This document shows, piece after piece, positions 12,849 through 27,400 of a DNA stretch of 64,000 bases; within the stretch, counting starts at the first letter, position 1, and each line of letters begins with the position of its first letter. The stretch is from Auanema rhodensis (taxonomy: Eukaryota; Animalia; Nematoda), in the NCBI GenBank assembly GCA_964057225.1, contig CAXKVF010000072.1, positions 248,001 through 312,000 on the forward strand, read 5' to 3'. The position numbers and the translations under genes were made by a program. A model generated the notes under the pieces. It saw only the letters and a program-made list of their open reading frames with translations, was not told where the DNA came from and searched no databases.

Positions 12849-14960
12849 ACCATGCACCAATATCAATAAAAATTTGTTTTTAGACTAATATGGACATGGG
12901 GAATCTAATTTTGAAAACCGCATCTCTTTATCTTTCACGTGAAGCGAGTTACATACCAAGTGCACAGCACGTGTACATTTAATTAGCATAAATTAAAGTT
13001 CACGTAAATTTCAAAGTCATGGTTACCATGAACCAATATCAATAAAAATTTGTTTTTAGACTAATATGGACATGGGGAATCTAATTTTGAAAACCGTATC
13101 TCTTTATCTTTCACGTGAAGCGAGTTACATACCAAGTGCACATCACGTGTACATTTAATTAGCATAAATTAAAGTTCACGTAAATTTCAAAGTCATGGTT
13201 ACCATGAACCAATGTCAATAAAAATTTGTTTTTAGACTAATATGGACATGGGGAATCTAATTTTGAAAACCGCATCTCTTTATCTTTCACGTGAAGCGAG
13301 TTACATACCAAGTGCACATCACGTGTACATTTAATTAGCATAAATTAAAGTTCACGTAAATTTCAAAGTCATGGTTACCATGCACCAATATCAATAAAAA
13401 TTTGTTTTTAGACTAATATGGACATGGGGAATCTAATTTTGAAAACCGCATCTCTTTATCTTTCACGTGAAGCGAGTTACATACCAAGTGCACATCACGT
13501 GTACATTTAATTAGCATAAATTAAAGTTCACGTAAATTTCAAAGTCATGGTTACCATGCACCAATATCAATAAAAATTTGTTTTTAGACTAATATGGACA
13601 TGGGGAATCTAATTTTGAAAACCGCATCTCTTTATCTTTCACGTGAAGCGAGTTACATACCAAGTGCACAGCACGTGTACATTTAATTAGCATAAATTAA
13701 AGTTCACGTAAATTTCAAAGTCATGGTTACCATGAACCAATATCAATAAAAATTTGTTTTTAGACTAATATGGACATGGGGAATCTAATTTTGAAAACCG
13801 TATCTCTTTATCTTTCACGTGAAGCGAGTTACATACCAAGTGCACATCACGTGTACATTTAATTAGCATAAATTAAAGTTCACGTAAATTTCAAAGTCAT
13901 GGTTACCATGAACCAATGTCAATAAAAATTTGTTTTTAGACTAATATGGACATGGGGAATCTAATTTTGAAAACCGCATCTCTTTATCTTTCACGTGAAG
14001 CGAGTTACATACCAAGTGCACATCACGTGTACATTTAATTAGCATAAATTAAAGTTCACGTAAATTTCAAAGTCATGGTTACCATGAAGCAATATCAATA
14101 AAAATTTGTTTTTAGACTAATATGGACATGGGGAATCTAATTTTGAAAACCGCATCTCTTTATCTTTCACGTGAAGCGAGTTACATACCAAGTGCACATC
14201 ACGTGTACATTTAATTAGCATAAATTAAAGTTCACGTAAATTTCAAAGTCATGGTTACCATGCACCAATATCAATAAAAATTTGTTTTTAGACTAATATG
14301 GACATGGGGAATCTAATTTTGAAAACCGCATCTCTTTATCTTTCACGTGAAGCGAGTTACATACCAAGTGCACAGCACGTGTACATTTAATTAGCATAAA
14401 TTAAAGTTCACGTAAATTTCAAAGTCATGGTTACCATGAACCAATATCAATAAAAATTTGTTTTTAGACTAATATGGACATGGGGAATCTAATTTTGAAA
14501 ACCGTATCTCTTTATCTTTCACGTGAAGCGAGTTACATACCAAGTGCACATCACGTGTACATTTAATTAGCATAAATTAAAGTTCACGTAAATTTCAAAG
14601 TCATGGTTACCATGAACCAATGTCAATAAAAATTTGTTTTTAGACTAATATGGACATGGGGAATCTAATTTTGAAAACCGCATCTCTTTATCTTTCACGT
14701 GAAGCGAGTTACATACCAAGTGCACATCACGTGTACATTTAATTAGCATAAATTAAAGTTCACGTAAATTTCAAAGTCATGGTTACCATGAAGCAATATC
14801 AATAAAAATTTGTTTTTAGACTAATATGGACATGGGGAATCTAATTTTGAAAACCGCATCTCTTTATCTTTCACGTGAAGCGAGTTACATACCAAGTGCA
14901 CATCACGTGTACATTTAATTAGCATAAATTAAAGTTCACGTAAATTTTAAAGTCATGGTT
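12849..14960 (+). repeat. Local 4-monomer (704-bp) higher-order repeat, 3 copies
   Basis: The series C+p119G (CACAGCAC), A+p73T (CCGTAT), A+p14G (AATGTC), then a C or G monomer starts at 12849, 13553 and 14257. p119G was seen only here. Confidence 0.9.
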
Positions 14961-15312
14961 ACCATGAACCAATATCAATAAAAATTTGTTTTTAGACTAA
15001 TATGGACATGGGGAATCTAATTTTGAAAACCGCATCTCTTTATCTTTCACGTGAAGCGAGTTACATACCAAGTGCACATCACGTGTACATTTAATTAGCA
15101 TAAATTAAAGTTCACGTAAATTTCAAAGTCATGGTTACCATGAACCAATGTCAATAAAAATTTGTTTTTAGACTAATATGGACATGGGGAATCTAATTTT
15201 GAAAACCGCATCTCTTTATCTTTCACGTGAAGCGAGTTACATACCAAGTGCACATCACGTGTACATTTAATTAGCATAAATTAAAGTTCACGTAAATTTC
15301 AAAGTCATGGTT

Positions 15313-18300
15313 ACCATGAAGCAATATCAATAAAAATTTGTTTTTAGACTAATATGGACATGGGGAATCTAATTTTGAAAACCGCATCTCTTTATCTTTC
15401 ACGTGAAGCGAGTTACATACCAAGTGCACATCACGTGTACATTTAATTAGCATAAATTAAAGTTCACGTAAATTTCAAAGTCATGGTTACCATGAACCAA
15501 TATCAATAAAAATTTGTTTTTAGACTAATATGGACATGGGGAATCTAATTTTGAAAACCGCATCTCTTTATCTTTCACGTGAAGCGAGTTACATACCAAG
15601 TGCACATCACGTGTACATTTAATTAGCATAAATTAAAGTTCACGTAAATTTCAAAGTCATGGTTACCATGAAGCAATATCAATAAAAATTTGTTTTTCGA
15701 CTAATATGGACATGGAGAATCTAATTTTGAAAACCGCATTTCTTTATCTTTCACGTGAAGCGAGTTACATACCAAGTGCACATCACGTGTACATTTAATT
15801 AGCATAAATTAAAGTTCACGTAAATTTCAAAGTCATGGTTACCATGCACCAATATCAATAAAAATTTGTTTTTAGACTAATATGGACATGGGGAATCTAA
15901 TTTTGAAAACCGCATCTCTTTATCTTTCACGTGAAGCGAGTTACATACCAAGTGCACATCACGTGTACATTTAATTAGCATAAATTAAAGTTCACGTAAA
16001 TTTCAAAGTCATGGTTACCATGAAGCAATATCAATAAAAATTTGTTTTTAGACTAATATGGACATGGGGAATCTAATTTTGAAAACCGCATCTCTTTATC
16101 TTTCACGTGAAGCGAGTTACATACCAAGTGCACATCACGTGTACATTTAATTAGCATAAATTAAAGTTCACGTAAATTTTAAAGTCATGGTTACCATGAA
16201 CCAATATCAATAAAAATTTGTTTTTAGACTAATATGGACATGGGGAATCTAATTTTGAAAACCGCATCTCTTTATCTTTCACGTGAAGCGAGTTACATAC
16301 CAAGTGCACATCACGTGTACATTTAATTAGCATAAATTAAAGTTCACGTAAATTTCAAAGTCATGGTTACCATGAACCAATATCAATAAAAATTTGTTTT
16401 TAGACTAATATGGACATGGGGAATCTAATTTTGAAAACCGCATCTCTTTATCTTTCACGTGAAGCGAGTTACATACCAAGTGCACATCACGTGTACATTT
16501 AATTATCATAAATTAAAGTTCACGTAAATTTCAAAGTCATGGTTACCATGAACCAATATCAATAAAAATTTGTTTTTAGACTAATATGGACATGGGGAAT
16601 CTAATTTTGAAAACCGCATCTCTTTATCTTTCACGTGAAGCGAGTTACATACCAAGTGCACATCACGTGTACATTTAATTAGCATAAATTAAAGTTCACG
16701 TAAATTTCAAAGTCATGGTTACCATGAACCAATATCAATAAAAATTTGTTTTTAGACTAATATGGACATGGGGAATCTAATTTTGAAAACCGCATCTCTT
16801 TATCTTTCACGTGAAGCGAGTTACATACCAAGTGCACATCACGTGTACATTTAATTAGCATAAATTAAAGTTCACGTAAATTTCAAAGTCATGGTTACCA
16901 TGAAGCAATATCAATAAAAATTTGTTTTTAGACTAATATGGACATGGGGAATCTAATTTTGAAAACCGCATCTCTTTATCTTTCACGTGAAGCGAGTTAC
17001 ATACCAAGTGCACATCACGTGTACATTTAATTAGCATAAATTAAAGTTCACGTAAATTTCAAAGTCATGGTTACCATGAACCAATATCAATAAAAATTTG
17101 TTTTTAGACTAATATGGACATGGGGAATCTAATTTTGAAAACCGCATCTCTTTATCTTTCACGTGAAGCGAGTTACATACCAAGTGCACATCACGTGTAC
17201 ATTTAATTATCATAAATTAAAGTTCACGTAAATTTCAAAGTCATGGTTACCATGAACCAATATCAATAAAAATTTGTTTTTAGACTAATATGGACATGGG
17301 GAATCTAATTTTGAAAACCGCATCTCTTTATCTTTCACGTGAAGCGAGTTACATACCAAGTGCACATCACGTGTACATTTAATTAGCATAAATTAAAGTT
17401 CACGTAAATTTCAAAGTCATGGTTACCATGAACCAATGTCAATAAAAATTTGTTTTTAGACTAATATGGACATGGGGAATCTAATTTTGAAAACCGCATC
17501 TCTTTATCTTTCACGTGAAGCGAGTTACATACCAAGTGCACATCACGTGTACATTTAATTAGCATAAATTAAAGTTCACGTAAATTTCAAAGTCATGGTT
17601 ACCATGAACCAATATCAATAAAAATTTGTTTTTAGACTAATATGGACATGGGGAATCTAATTTTGAAAACCGCATCTCTTTATCTTTCACGTGAAGCGAG
17701 TTACATACCAAGTGCACATCACGTGTACATTTAATTAGCATAAATTAAAGTTCACGTAAATTTCAAAGTCATGGTTACCATGAACCAATATCAATAAAAA
17801 TTTGTTTTTAGACTAATATGGACATGGGGAATCTAATTTTGAAAACCGCATCTCTTTATCTTTCACGTGAAGCGAGTTACATACCAAGTGCACATCACGT
17901 GTACATTTAATTAGCATAAATTAAAGTTCACGTAAATTTCAAAGTCATGGTTACCATGAAGCAATATCAATAAAAATTTGTTTTTAGACTAATATGGACA
18001 TGGGGAATCTAATTTTGAAAACCGCATCTCTTTATCTTTCACGTGAAGCGAGTTACATACCAAGTGCACATCACGTGTACATTTAATTAGCATAAATTAA
18101 AGTTCACGTAAATTTCAAAGTCATGGTTACCATGAACCAATATCAATAAAAATTTGTTTTTAGACTAATATGGACATGGGGAATCTAATTTTGAAAACCG
18201 CATCTCTTTATCTTTCACGTGAAGCGAGTTACATACCAAGTGCACATCACGTGTACATTTAATTAGCATAAATTAAAGTTCACGTAAATTTCAAAGTCAT

Positions 18301-21300
18301 GGTTACCATGAACCAATATCAATAAAAATTTGTTTTTAGACTAATATGGACATGGGGAATCTAATTTTGAAAACCGCATCTCTCTATCTTTCACGTGAAG
18401 CGAGTTACATACCAAGTGCACATCACGTGTACATTTAATTAGCATAAATTAAAGTTCACGTAAATTTCAAAGTCATGGTTACCATGAAGCAATATCAATA
18501 AAAATTTGTTTTTAGACTAATATGGACATGGGGAATCTAATTTTGAAAACCGCATCTCTTTATCTTTCACGTGAAGCGAGTTACATACCAAGTGCACATC
18601 ACGTGTACATTTAATTAGCATAAATTAAAGTTCACGTAAATTTCAAAGTCATGGTTACCATGAACCAATATCAATAAAAATTTGTTTTTAGACTAATATG
18701 GACATGGGGAATCTAATTTTGAAAACCGCATCTCTTTATCTTTCACGTGAAGCGAGTTACATACCAAGTGCACATCACGTGTACATTTAATTAGCATAAA
18801 TTAAAGTTCACGTAAATTTCAAAGTCATGGTTACCATGAAGCAATATCAATAAAAATTTGTTTTTAGACTAATATGGACATGGGGAATCTAATTTTGAAA
18901 ACCGTATCTCTTTATCTTTCACGTGAAGCGAGTTACATACCAAGTGCACATCACGTGTACATTTAATTAGCATAAATTAAAGTTCACGTAAATTTCAAAG
19001 TCATGGTTACCATGAAGCAATATCAATAAAAATTTGTTTTTAGACTAATATGGACATGGGGAATCTAATTTTGAAAACCGCATCTCTTTATCTTTCACGT
19101 GAAGCGAGTTACATACCAAGTGCACATCACGTGTACATTTAATTAGCATAAATTAAAGTTCACGTAAATTTCAAAGTCATGGTTACCATGAACCAATATC
19201 AATAAAAATTTGTTTTTAGACTAATATGGACATGGGGAATCTAATTTTGAAAACCGCATCTCTTTATCTTTCACGTGAAGCGAGTTACATACCAAGTGCA
19301 CATCACGTGTACATTTAATTAGCATAAATTAAAGTTCACGTAAATTTCAAAGTCATGGTTACCATGAAGCAATATCAATAAAAATTTGTTTTTAGACTAA
19401 TATGGACATGGGGAATCTAATTTTGAAAACCGCATCTCTTTATCTTTCACGTGAAGCGAGTTACATACCAAGTGCACATCACGTGTACATTTAATTAGCA
19501 TAAATTAAAGTTCACGTAAAATTCAAAGTCATGGTTACCATGCACCAATATCAATAAAAATTTGTTTTTAGACTAATATGGACATGGGGAATCTAATTTT
19601 GAAAACCGCATCTCTTTATCTTTCACGTGAAGCGAGTTACATACCAAGTGCACATCACGTGTACATTTAATTAGCATAAATTAAAGTTCACGTAAATTTC
19701 AAAGTCATGGTTACCATGCACCAATATCAATAAAAATTTGTTTTTAGACTAATATGGACATGGGGAATCTAATTTTGAAAACCGCATCTCTTTATCTTTC
19801 ACGTGAAGCGAGTTACATACCAAGTGCACATCACGTGTACATTTAATTAGCATAAATTAAAGTTCACGTAAATTTCAAAGTCATGGTTACCATGCACCAA
19901 TATCAATAAAAATTTGTTTTTAGACTAATATGGACATGGGGGATCTAATTTTGAAAACCGCATCTCTTTATCTTTCACGTGAAGCGAGTTACATACCAAG
20001 TGCACATCACGTGTACATTTAATTAGCATAAATTAAAGTTCACGTAAATTTCAAAGTCATGGTTACCATGAACCAATATCAATAAAAATTTGTTTTTAGA
20101 CTAATATGGACATGGGTAATCTAATTTTGAAAACCGCATCTCTTTATCTTTCACGTGAAGCGAGTTACATACCAAGTGCACATCACGTGTACATTTAATT
20201 AGCATAAATTAAAGTTCACGTAAATTTCAAAGTCATGGTTACCATGAACCAATATCAATAAAAATTTGTTTTTAGACTAATATGGACATGGGGAATCTAA
20301 TTTTGAAAACCGCATCTCTTTATCTTTCACGTGAAGCGAGTTACATACCAAGTGCACATCACGTGTACATTTAATTAGCATAAATTAAAGTTCACGTAAA
20401 TTTCAAAGTCATGGTTACCATGCACCAATATCAATAAAAATTTGTTTTTAGACTAATATGGACATGGGGAATCTAATTTTGAAAACCGCATCTCTTTATC
20501 TTTCACGTGAAGCGAGTTACATACCAAGTGCACATCACGTGTACATTTAATTAGCATAAATTAAAGTTCACGTAAATTTCAAAGTCATGGTTACCATGCA
20601 CCAATATCAATAAAAATTTGTTTTTAGACTAATATGGACATGGGGAATCTAATTTTGAAAACCGCATCTCTTTATCTTTCACGTGAAGCGAGTTACATAC
20701 CAAGTGCACATCACGTGTACATTTAATTAGCATAAATTAAAGTTCACGTAAATTTCAAAGTCATGGTTACCATGCACCAATATCAATAAAAATTTGTTTT
20801 TAGACTAATATGGACATGGGTATCTAATTTTGAAAACCGCATCTCTTTATCTTTCACGTGAAGCGAGTTACATACCAAGTGCACATCACGTGTACATTTA
20901 ATTAGCATAAATTAAAGTTCACGTAAAATTTCAAAGTCATGGTTACCATGCACCAATATCAATAAAAATTTGTTTTTAGACTAATATGGACATGGGGAAT
21001 CTAATTTTGAAAACCGCATCTCTTTATCTTTCACGTGAAGCGAGTTACATACCAAGTGCACATCACGTGTACATTTAATTAGCATAAATTAAAGTTCACG
21101 TAAAATTCAAAGTCATGGTTACCATGCACCAATATCAATAAAAATTTGTTTTTAGACTAATATGGACATGGGGAATCTAATTTTGAAAACCGCATCTCTT
21201 TATCTTTCACGTGAAGCGAGTTACATACCAAGTGCACATCACGTGTACATTTAATTAGCATAAATTAAAGTTCACGTAAATTTCAAAGTCATGGTTACCA

Positions 21301-22000
21301 TGCACCAATATCAATAAAAATTTGTTTTTAGACTAATATGGACATGGGGAATCTAATTTTGAAAACCGCATCTCTTTATCTTTCACGTGAAGCGAGTTAC
21401 ATACCAAGTGCACATCACGTGTACATTTAATTAGCATAAATTAAAGTTCACGTAAATTTCAAAGTCATGGTTACCATGAACCAATATCAATAAAAATTTG
21501 TTTTTAGACTAATATGGACATGGGGAATCTAATTTTGAAAACCGCATCTCTTTATCTTTCACGTGAAGCGAGTTACATACCAAGTGCACATCACGTGTAC
21601 ATTTAATTAGCATAAATTAAAGTTCACGTAAATTTCAAAGTCATGGTTACCATGCACCAATATCAATAAAAATTTGTTTTTAGACTAATATGGACATGGG
21701 GAATCTAATTTTGAAAACCGCATCTCTTTATCTTTCACGTGAAGCGAGTTACATACCAAGTGCACATCACGTGTACATTTAATTAGCATAAATTAAAGTT
21801 CACGTAAAATTCAAAGTCATGGTTACCATGAACCAATATCAATAAAAATTTGTTTTTAGACTAATATGGACATGGGGAATCTAATTTTGAAAACCGCATC
21901 TCTTTATCTTTCACGTGAAGCGAGTTACATACCAAGTGCACATCACGTGTACATTTAATTAGCATAAATTAAAGTTCACGTAAATTTCAAAGTCATGGTT
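15313..22000 (+). repeat. Intra-array block duplication, copy 1 (M88-M125)
   Basis: Same ordered markers as 23937-31328: p34C/p52A/p76T monomer (15665), p164T, p138T twice, p14G, p80C (18305), p73T, p161A, p54G, p53T. Confidence 0.9.
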
Positions 22001-22704
22001 ACCATGAACCAATATCAATAAAAATTTGTTTTTAGACTAATATGGACATGGGGAATCTAATTTTGAAAACCGCATCTCTTTATCTTTCACGTGAAGCGAG
22101 TTACATACCAAGTGCACATCACGTGTACATTTAATTAGCATAAGTTAAAGTTCACGTAAATTTTAAAGTCATGGTTACCATGAACCAATATCAATAAAAA
22201 TTTGTTTTTAGACTAATATGGACATGGGGAATCTAATTTTGAAAACCGCATCTCTTTATCTTTCACGTGAAGCGAGTTACATACCAAGTGCACATCACGT
22301 GTACATTTAATTAGCATAAATTAAAGTTCACGTAAATTTCAAAGTCATGGTTACCATGAACCAATATCAATAAAAATTTGTTTTTAGACTAATATGGACA
22401 TGGGGAATCTAATTTTGAAAACCGCATCTCTTTATCTTTCACGTGAAGCGAGTTACATACCAAGTGCACATCACGTGTACATTTAATTATCATAAATTAA
22501 AGTTCACGTAAATTTCAAAGTCATGGTTACCATGAACCAATATCAATAAAAATTTGTTTTTAGACTAATATGGACATGGGGAATCTAATTTTGAAAACCG
22601 CATCTCTTTATCTTTCACGTGAAGCGAGTTACATACCAAGTGCACATCACGTGTACATTTAATTAGCATAAATTAAAGTTCACGTAAATTTCAAAGTCAT
22701 GGTT

Positions 22705-24464
22705 ACCATGAACCAATATCAATAAAAATTTGTTTTTAGACTAATATGGACATGGGGAATCTAATTTTGAAAACCGCATCTCTTTATCTTTCACGTGAAG
22801 CGAGTTACATACCAAGTGCACATCACGTGTACATTTAATTAGCATAAATTAAAGTTCACGTAAATTTCAAAGTCATGGTTACCATGAAGCAATATCAATA
22901 AAAATTTGTTTTTAGACTAATATGGACATGGGGAATCTAATTTTGAAAACCGCATCTCTTTATCTTTCACGTGAAGCGAGTTACATACCAAGTGCACATC
23001 ACGTGTACATTTAATTAGCATAAATTAAAGTTCACGTAAATTTCAAAGTCATGGTTACCATGAACCAATATCAATAAAAATTTGTTTTTAGACTAATATG
23101 GACATGGGGAATCTAATTTTGAAAACCGCATCTCTTTATCTTTCACGTGAAGCGAGTTACATACCAAGTGCACATCACGTGTACATTTAATTAGCATAAA
23201 TTAAAGTTCACGTAAATTTCAAAGTCATGGTTACCATGAAGCAATATCAATAAAAATTTGTTTTTAGACTAATATGGACATGGGGAATCTAATTTTGAAA
23301 ACCGCATCTCTTTATCTTTCACGTGAAGCGAGTTACATACCAAGTGCACATCACGTGTACATTTAATTAGCATAAATTAAAGTTCACGTAAATTTCAAAG
23401 TCATGGTTACCATGAACCAATATCAATAAAAATTTGTTTTTAGACTAATATGGACATGGGGAATCTAATTTTGAAAACCGCATCTCTTTATCTTTCACGT
23501 GAAGCGAGTTACATACCAAGTGCACATCACGTGTACATTTAATTAGCATAAATTAAAGTTCACGTAAATTTCAAAGTCATGGTTACCATGAAGCAATATC
23601 AATAAAAATTTGTTTTTAGACTAATATGGACATGGGGAATCTAATTTTGAAAACCGCATCTCTTTATCTTTCACGTGAAGCGAGTTACATACCAAGTGCA
23701 CATCACGTGTACATTTAATTAGCATAAATTAAAGTTCACGTAAATTTCAAAGTCATGGTTACCATGAACCAATATCAATAAAAATTTGTTTTTAGACTAA
23801 TATGGACATGGGGAATCTAATTTTGAAAACCGCATCTCTTTATCTTTCACGTGAAGCGAGTTACATACCAAGTGCACATCACGTGTACATTTAATTAGCA
23901 TAAATTAAAGTTCACGTAAATTTCAAAGTCATGGTTACCATGAAGCAATATCAATAAAAATTTGTTTTTAGACTAATATGGACATGGGGAATCTAATTTT
24001 GAAAACCGCATCTCTTTATCTTTCACGTGAAGCGAGTTACATACCAAGTGCACATCACGTGTACATTTAATTAGCATAAATTAAAGTTCACGTAAATTTC
24101 AAAGTCATGGTTACCATGAACCAATATCAATAAAAATTTGTTTTTAGACTAATATGGACATGGGGAATCTAATTTTGAAAACCGCATCTCTTTATCTTTC
24201 ACGTGAAGCGAGTTACATACCAAGTGCACATCACGTGTACATTTAATTAGCATAAATTAAAGTTCACGTAAATTTCAAAGTCATGGTTACCATGAAGCAA
24301 TATCAATAAAAATTTGTTTTTCGACTAATATGGACATGGAGAATCTAATTTTGAAAACCGCATTTCTTTATCTTTCACGTGAAGCGAGTTACATACCAAG
24401 TGCACATCACGTGTACATTTAATTAGCATAAATTAAAGTTCACGTAAATTTCAAAGTCATGGTT
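22705..24464 (+). repeat. Alternating A/G-type dimer run (352-bp unit, 5 copies)
   Basis: M130-M139 alternate strictly between ATGAACC and ATGAAGC. They are otherwise consensus until M139. Confidence 0.85.
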
Positions 24465-27400
24465 ACCATGCACCAATATCAATAAAAATTTGTTTTTAGA
24501 CTAATATGGACATGGGGAATCTAATTTTGAAAACCGCATCTCTTTATCTTTCACGTGAAGCGAGTTACATACCAAGTGCACATCACGTGTACATTTAATT
24601 AGCATAAATTAAAGTTCACGTAAATTTCAAAGTCATGGTTACCATGAAGCAATATCAATAAAAATTTGTTTTTAGACTAATATGGACATGGGGAATCTAA
24701 TTTTGAAAACCGCATCTCTTTATCTTTCACGTGAAGCGAGTTACATACCAAGTGCACATCACGTGTACATTTAATTAGCATAAATTAAAGTTCACGTAAA
24801 TTTTAAAGTCATGGTTACCATGAACCAATATCAATAAAAATTTGTTTTTAGACTAATATGGACATGGGGAATCTAATTTTGAAAACCGCATCTCTTTATC
24901 TTTCACGTGAAGCGAGTTACATACCAAGTGCACATCACGTGTACATTTAATTAGCATAAATTAAAGTTCACGTAAATTTCAAAGTCATGGTTACCATGAA
25001 CCAATATCAATAAAAATTTGTTTTTAGACTAATATGGACATGGGGAATCTAATTTTGAAAACCGCATCTCTTTATCTTTCACGTGAAGCGAGTTACATAC
25101 CAAGTGCACATCACGTGTACATTTAATTATCATAAATTAAAGTTCACGTAAATTTCAAAGTCATGGTTACCATGAACCAATATCAATAAAAATTTGTTTT
25201 TAGACTAATATGGACATGGGGAATCTAATTTTGAAAACCGCATCTCTTTATCTTTCACGTGAAGCGAGTTACATACCAAGTGCACATCACGTGTACATTT
25301 AATTAGCATAAATTAAAGTTCACGTAAATTTCAAAGTCATGGTTACCATGAACCAATATCAATAAAAATTTGTTTTTAGACTAATATGGACATGGGGAAT
25401 CTAATTTTGAAAACCGCATCTCTTTATCTTTCACGTGAAGCGAGTTACATACCAAGTGCACATCACGTGTACATTTAATTAGCATAAATTAAAGTTCACG
25501 TAAATTTCAAAGTCATGGTTACCATGAAGCAATATCAATAAAAATTTGTTTTTAGACTAATATGGACATGGGGAATCTAATTTTGAAAACCGCATCTCTT
25601 TATCTTTCACGTGAAGCGAGTTACATACCAAGTGCACATCACGTGTACATTTAATTAGCATAAATTAAAGTTCACGTAAATTTCAAAGTCATGGTTACCA
25701 TGAACCAATATCAATAAAAATTTGTTTTTAGACTAATATGGACATGGGGAATCTAATTTTGAAAACCGCATCTCTTTATCTTTCACGTGAAGCGAGTTAC
25801 ATACCAAGTGCACATCACGTGTACATTTAATTATCATAAATTAAAGTTCACGTAAATTTCAAAGTCATGGTTACCATGAACCAATATCAATAAAAATTTG
25901 TTTTTAGACTAATATGGACATGGGGAATCTAATTTTGAAAACCGCATCTCTTTATCTTTCACGTGAAGCGAGTTACATACCAAGTGCACATCACGTGTAC
26001 ATTTAATTAGCATAAATTAAAGTTCACGTAAATTTCAAAGTCATGGTTACCATGAACCAATGTCAATAAAAATTTGTTTTTAGACTAATATGGACATGGG
26101 GAATCTAATTTTGAAAACCGCATCTCTTTATCTTTCACGTGAAGCGAGTTACATACCAAGTGCACATCACGTGTACATTTAATTAGCATAAATTAAAGTT
26201 CACGTAAATTTCAAAGTCATGGTTACCATGAACCAATATCAATAAAAATTTGTTTTTAGACTAATATGGACATGGGGAATCTAATTTTGAAAACCGCATC
26301 TCTTTATCTTTCACGTGAAGCGAGTTACATACCAAGTGCACATCACGTGTACATTTAATTAGCATAAATTAAAGTTCACGTAAATTTCAAAGTCATGGTT
26401 ACCATGAACCAATATCAATAAAAATTTGTTTTTAGACTAATATGGACATGGGGAATCTAATTTTGAAAACCGCATCTCTTTATCTTTCACGTGAAGCGAG
26501 TTACATACCAAGTGCACATCACGTGTACATTTAATTAGCATAAATTAAAGTTCACGTAAATTTCAAAGTCATGGTTACCATGAAGCAATATCAATAAAAA
26601 TTTGTTTTTAGACTAATATGGACATGGGGAATCTAATTTTGAAAACCGCATCTCTTTATCTTTCACGTGAAGCGAGTTACATACCAAGTGCACATCACGT
26701 GTACATTTAATTAGCATAAATTAAAGTTCACGTAAATTTCAAAGTCATGGTTACCATGAACCAATATCAATAAAAATTTGTTTTTAGACTAATATGGACA
26801 TGGGGAATCTAATTTTGAAAACCGCATCTCTTTATCTTTCACGTGAAGCGAGTTACATACCAAGTGCACATCACGTGTACATTTAATTAGCATAAATTAA
26901 AGTTCACGTAAATTTCAAAGTCATGGTTACCATGAACCAATATCAATAAAAATTTGTTTTTAGACTAATATGGACATGGGGAATCTAATTTTGAAAACCG
27001 CATCTCTCTATCTTTCACGTGAAGCGAGTTACATACCAAGTGCACATCACGTGTACATTTAATTAGCATAAATTAAAGTTCACGTAAATTTCAAAGTCAT
27101 GGTTACCATGAAGCAATATCAATAAAAATTTGTTTTTAGACTAATATGGACATGGGGAATCTAATTTTGAAAACCGCATCTCTTTATCTTTCACGTGAAG
27201 CGAGTTACATACCAAGTGCACATCACGTGTACATTTAATTAGCATAAATTAAAGTTCACGTAAATTTCAAAGTCATGGTTACCATGAACCAATATCAATA
27301 AAAATTTGTTTTTAGACTAATATGGACATGAGGAATCTAATTTTGAAAACCGCATCTCTTTATCTTTCACGTGAAGCGAGTTACATACCAAGTGCACATC

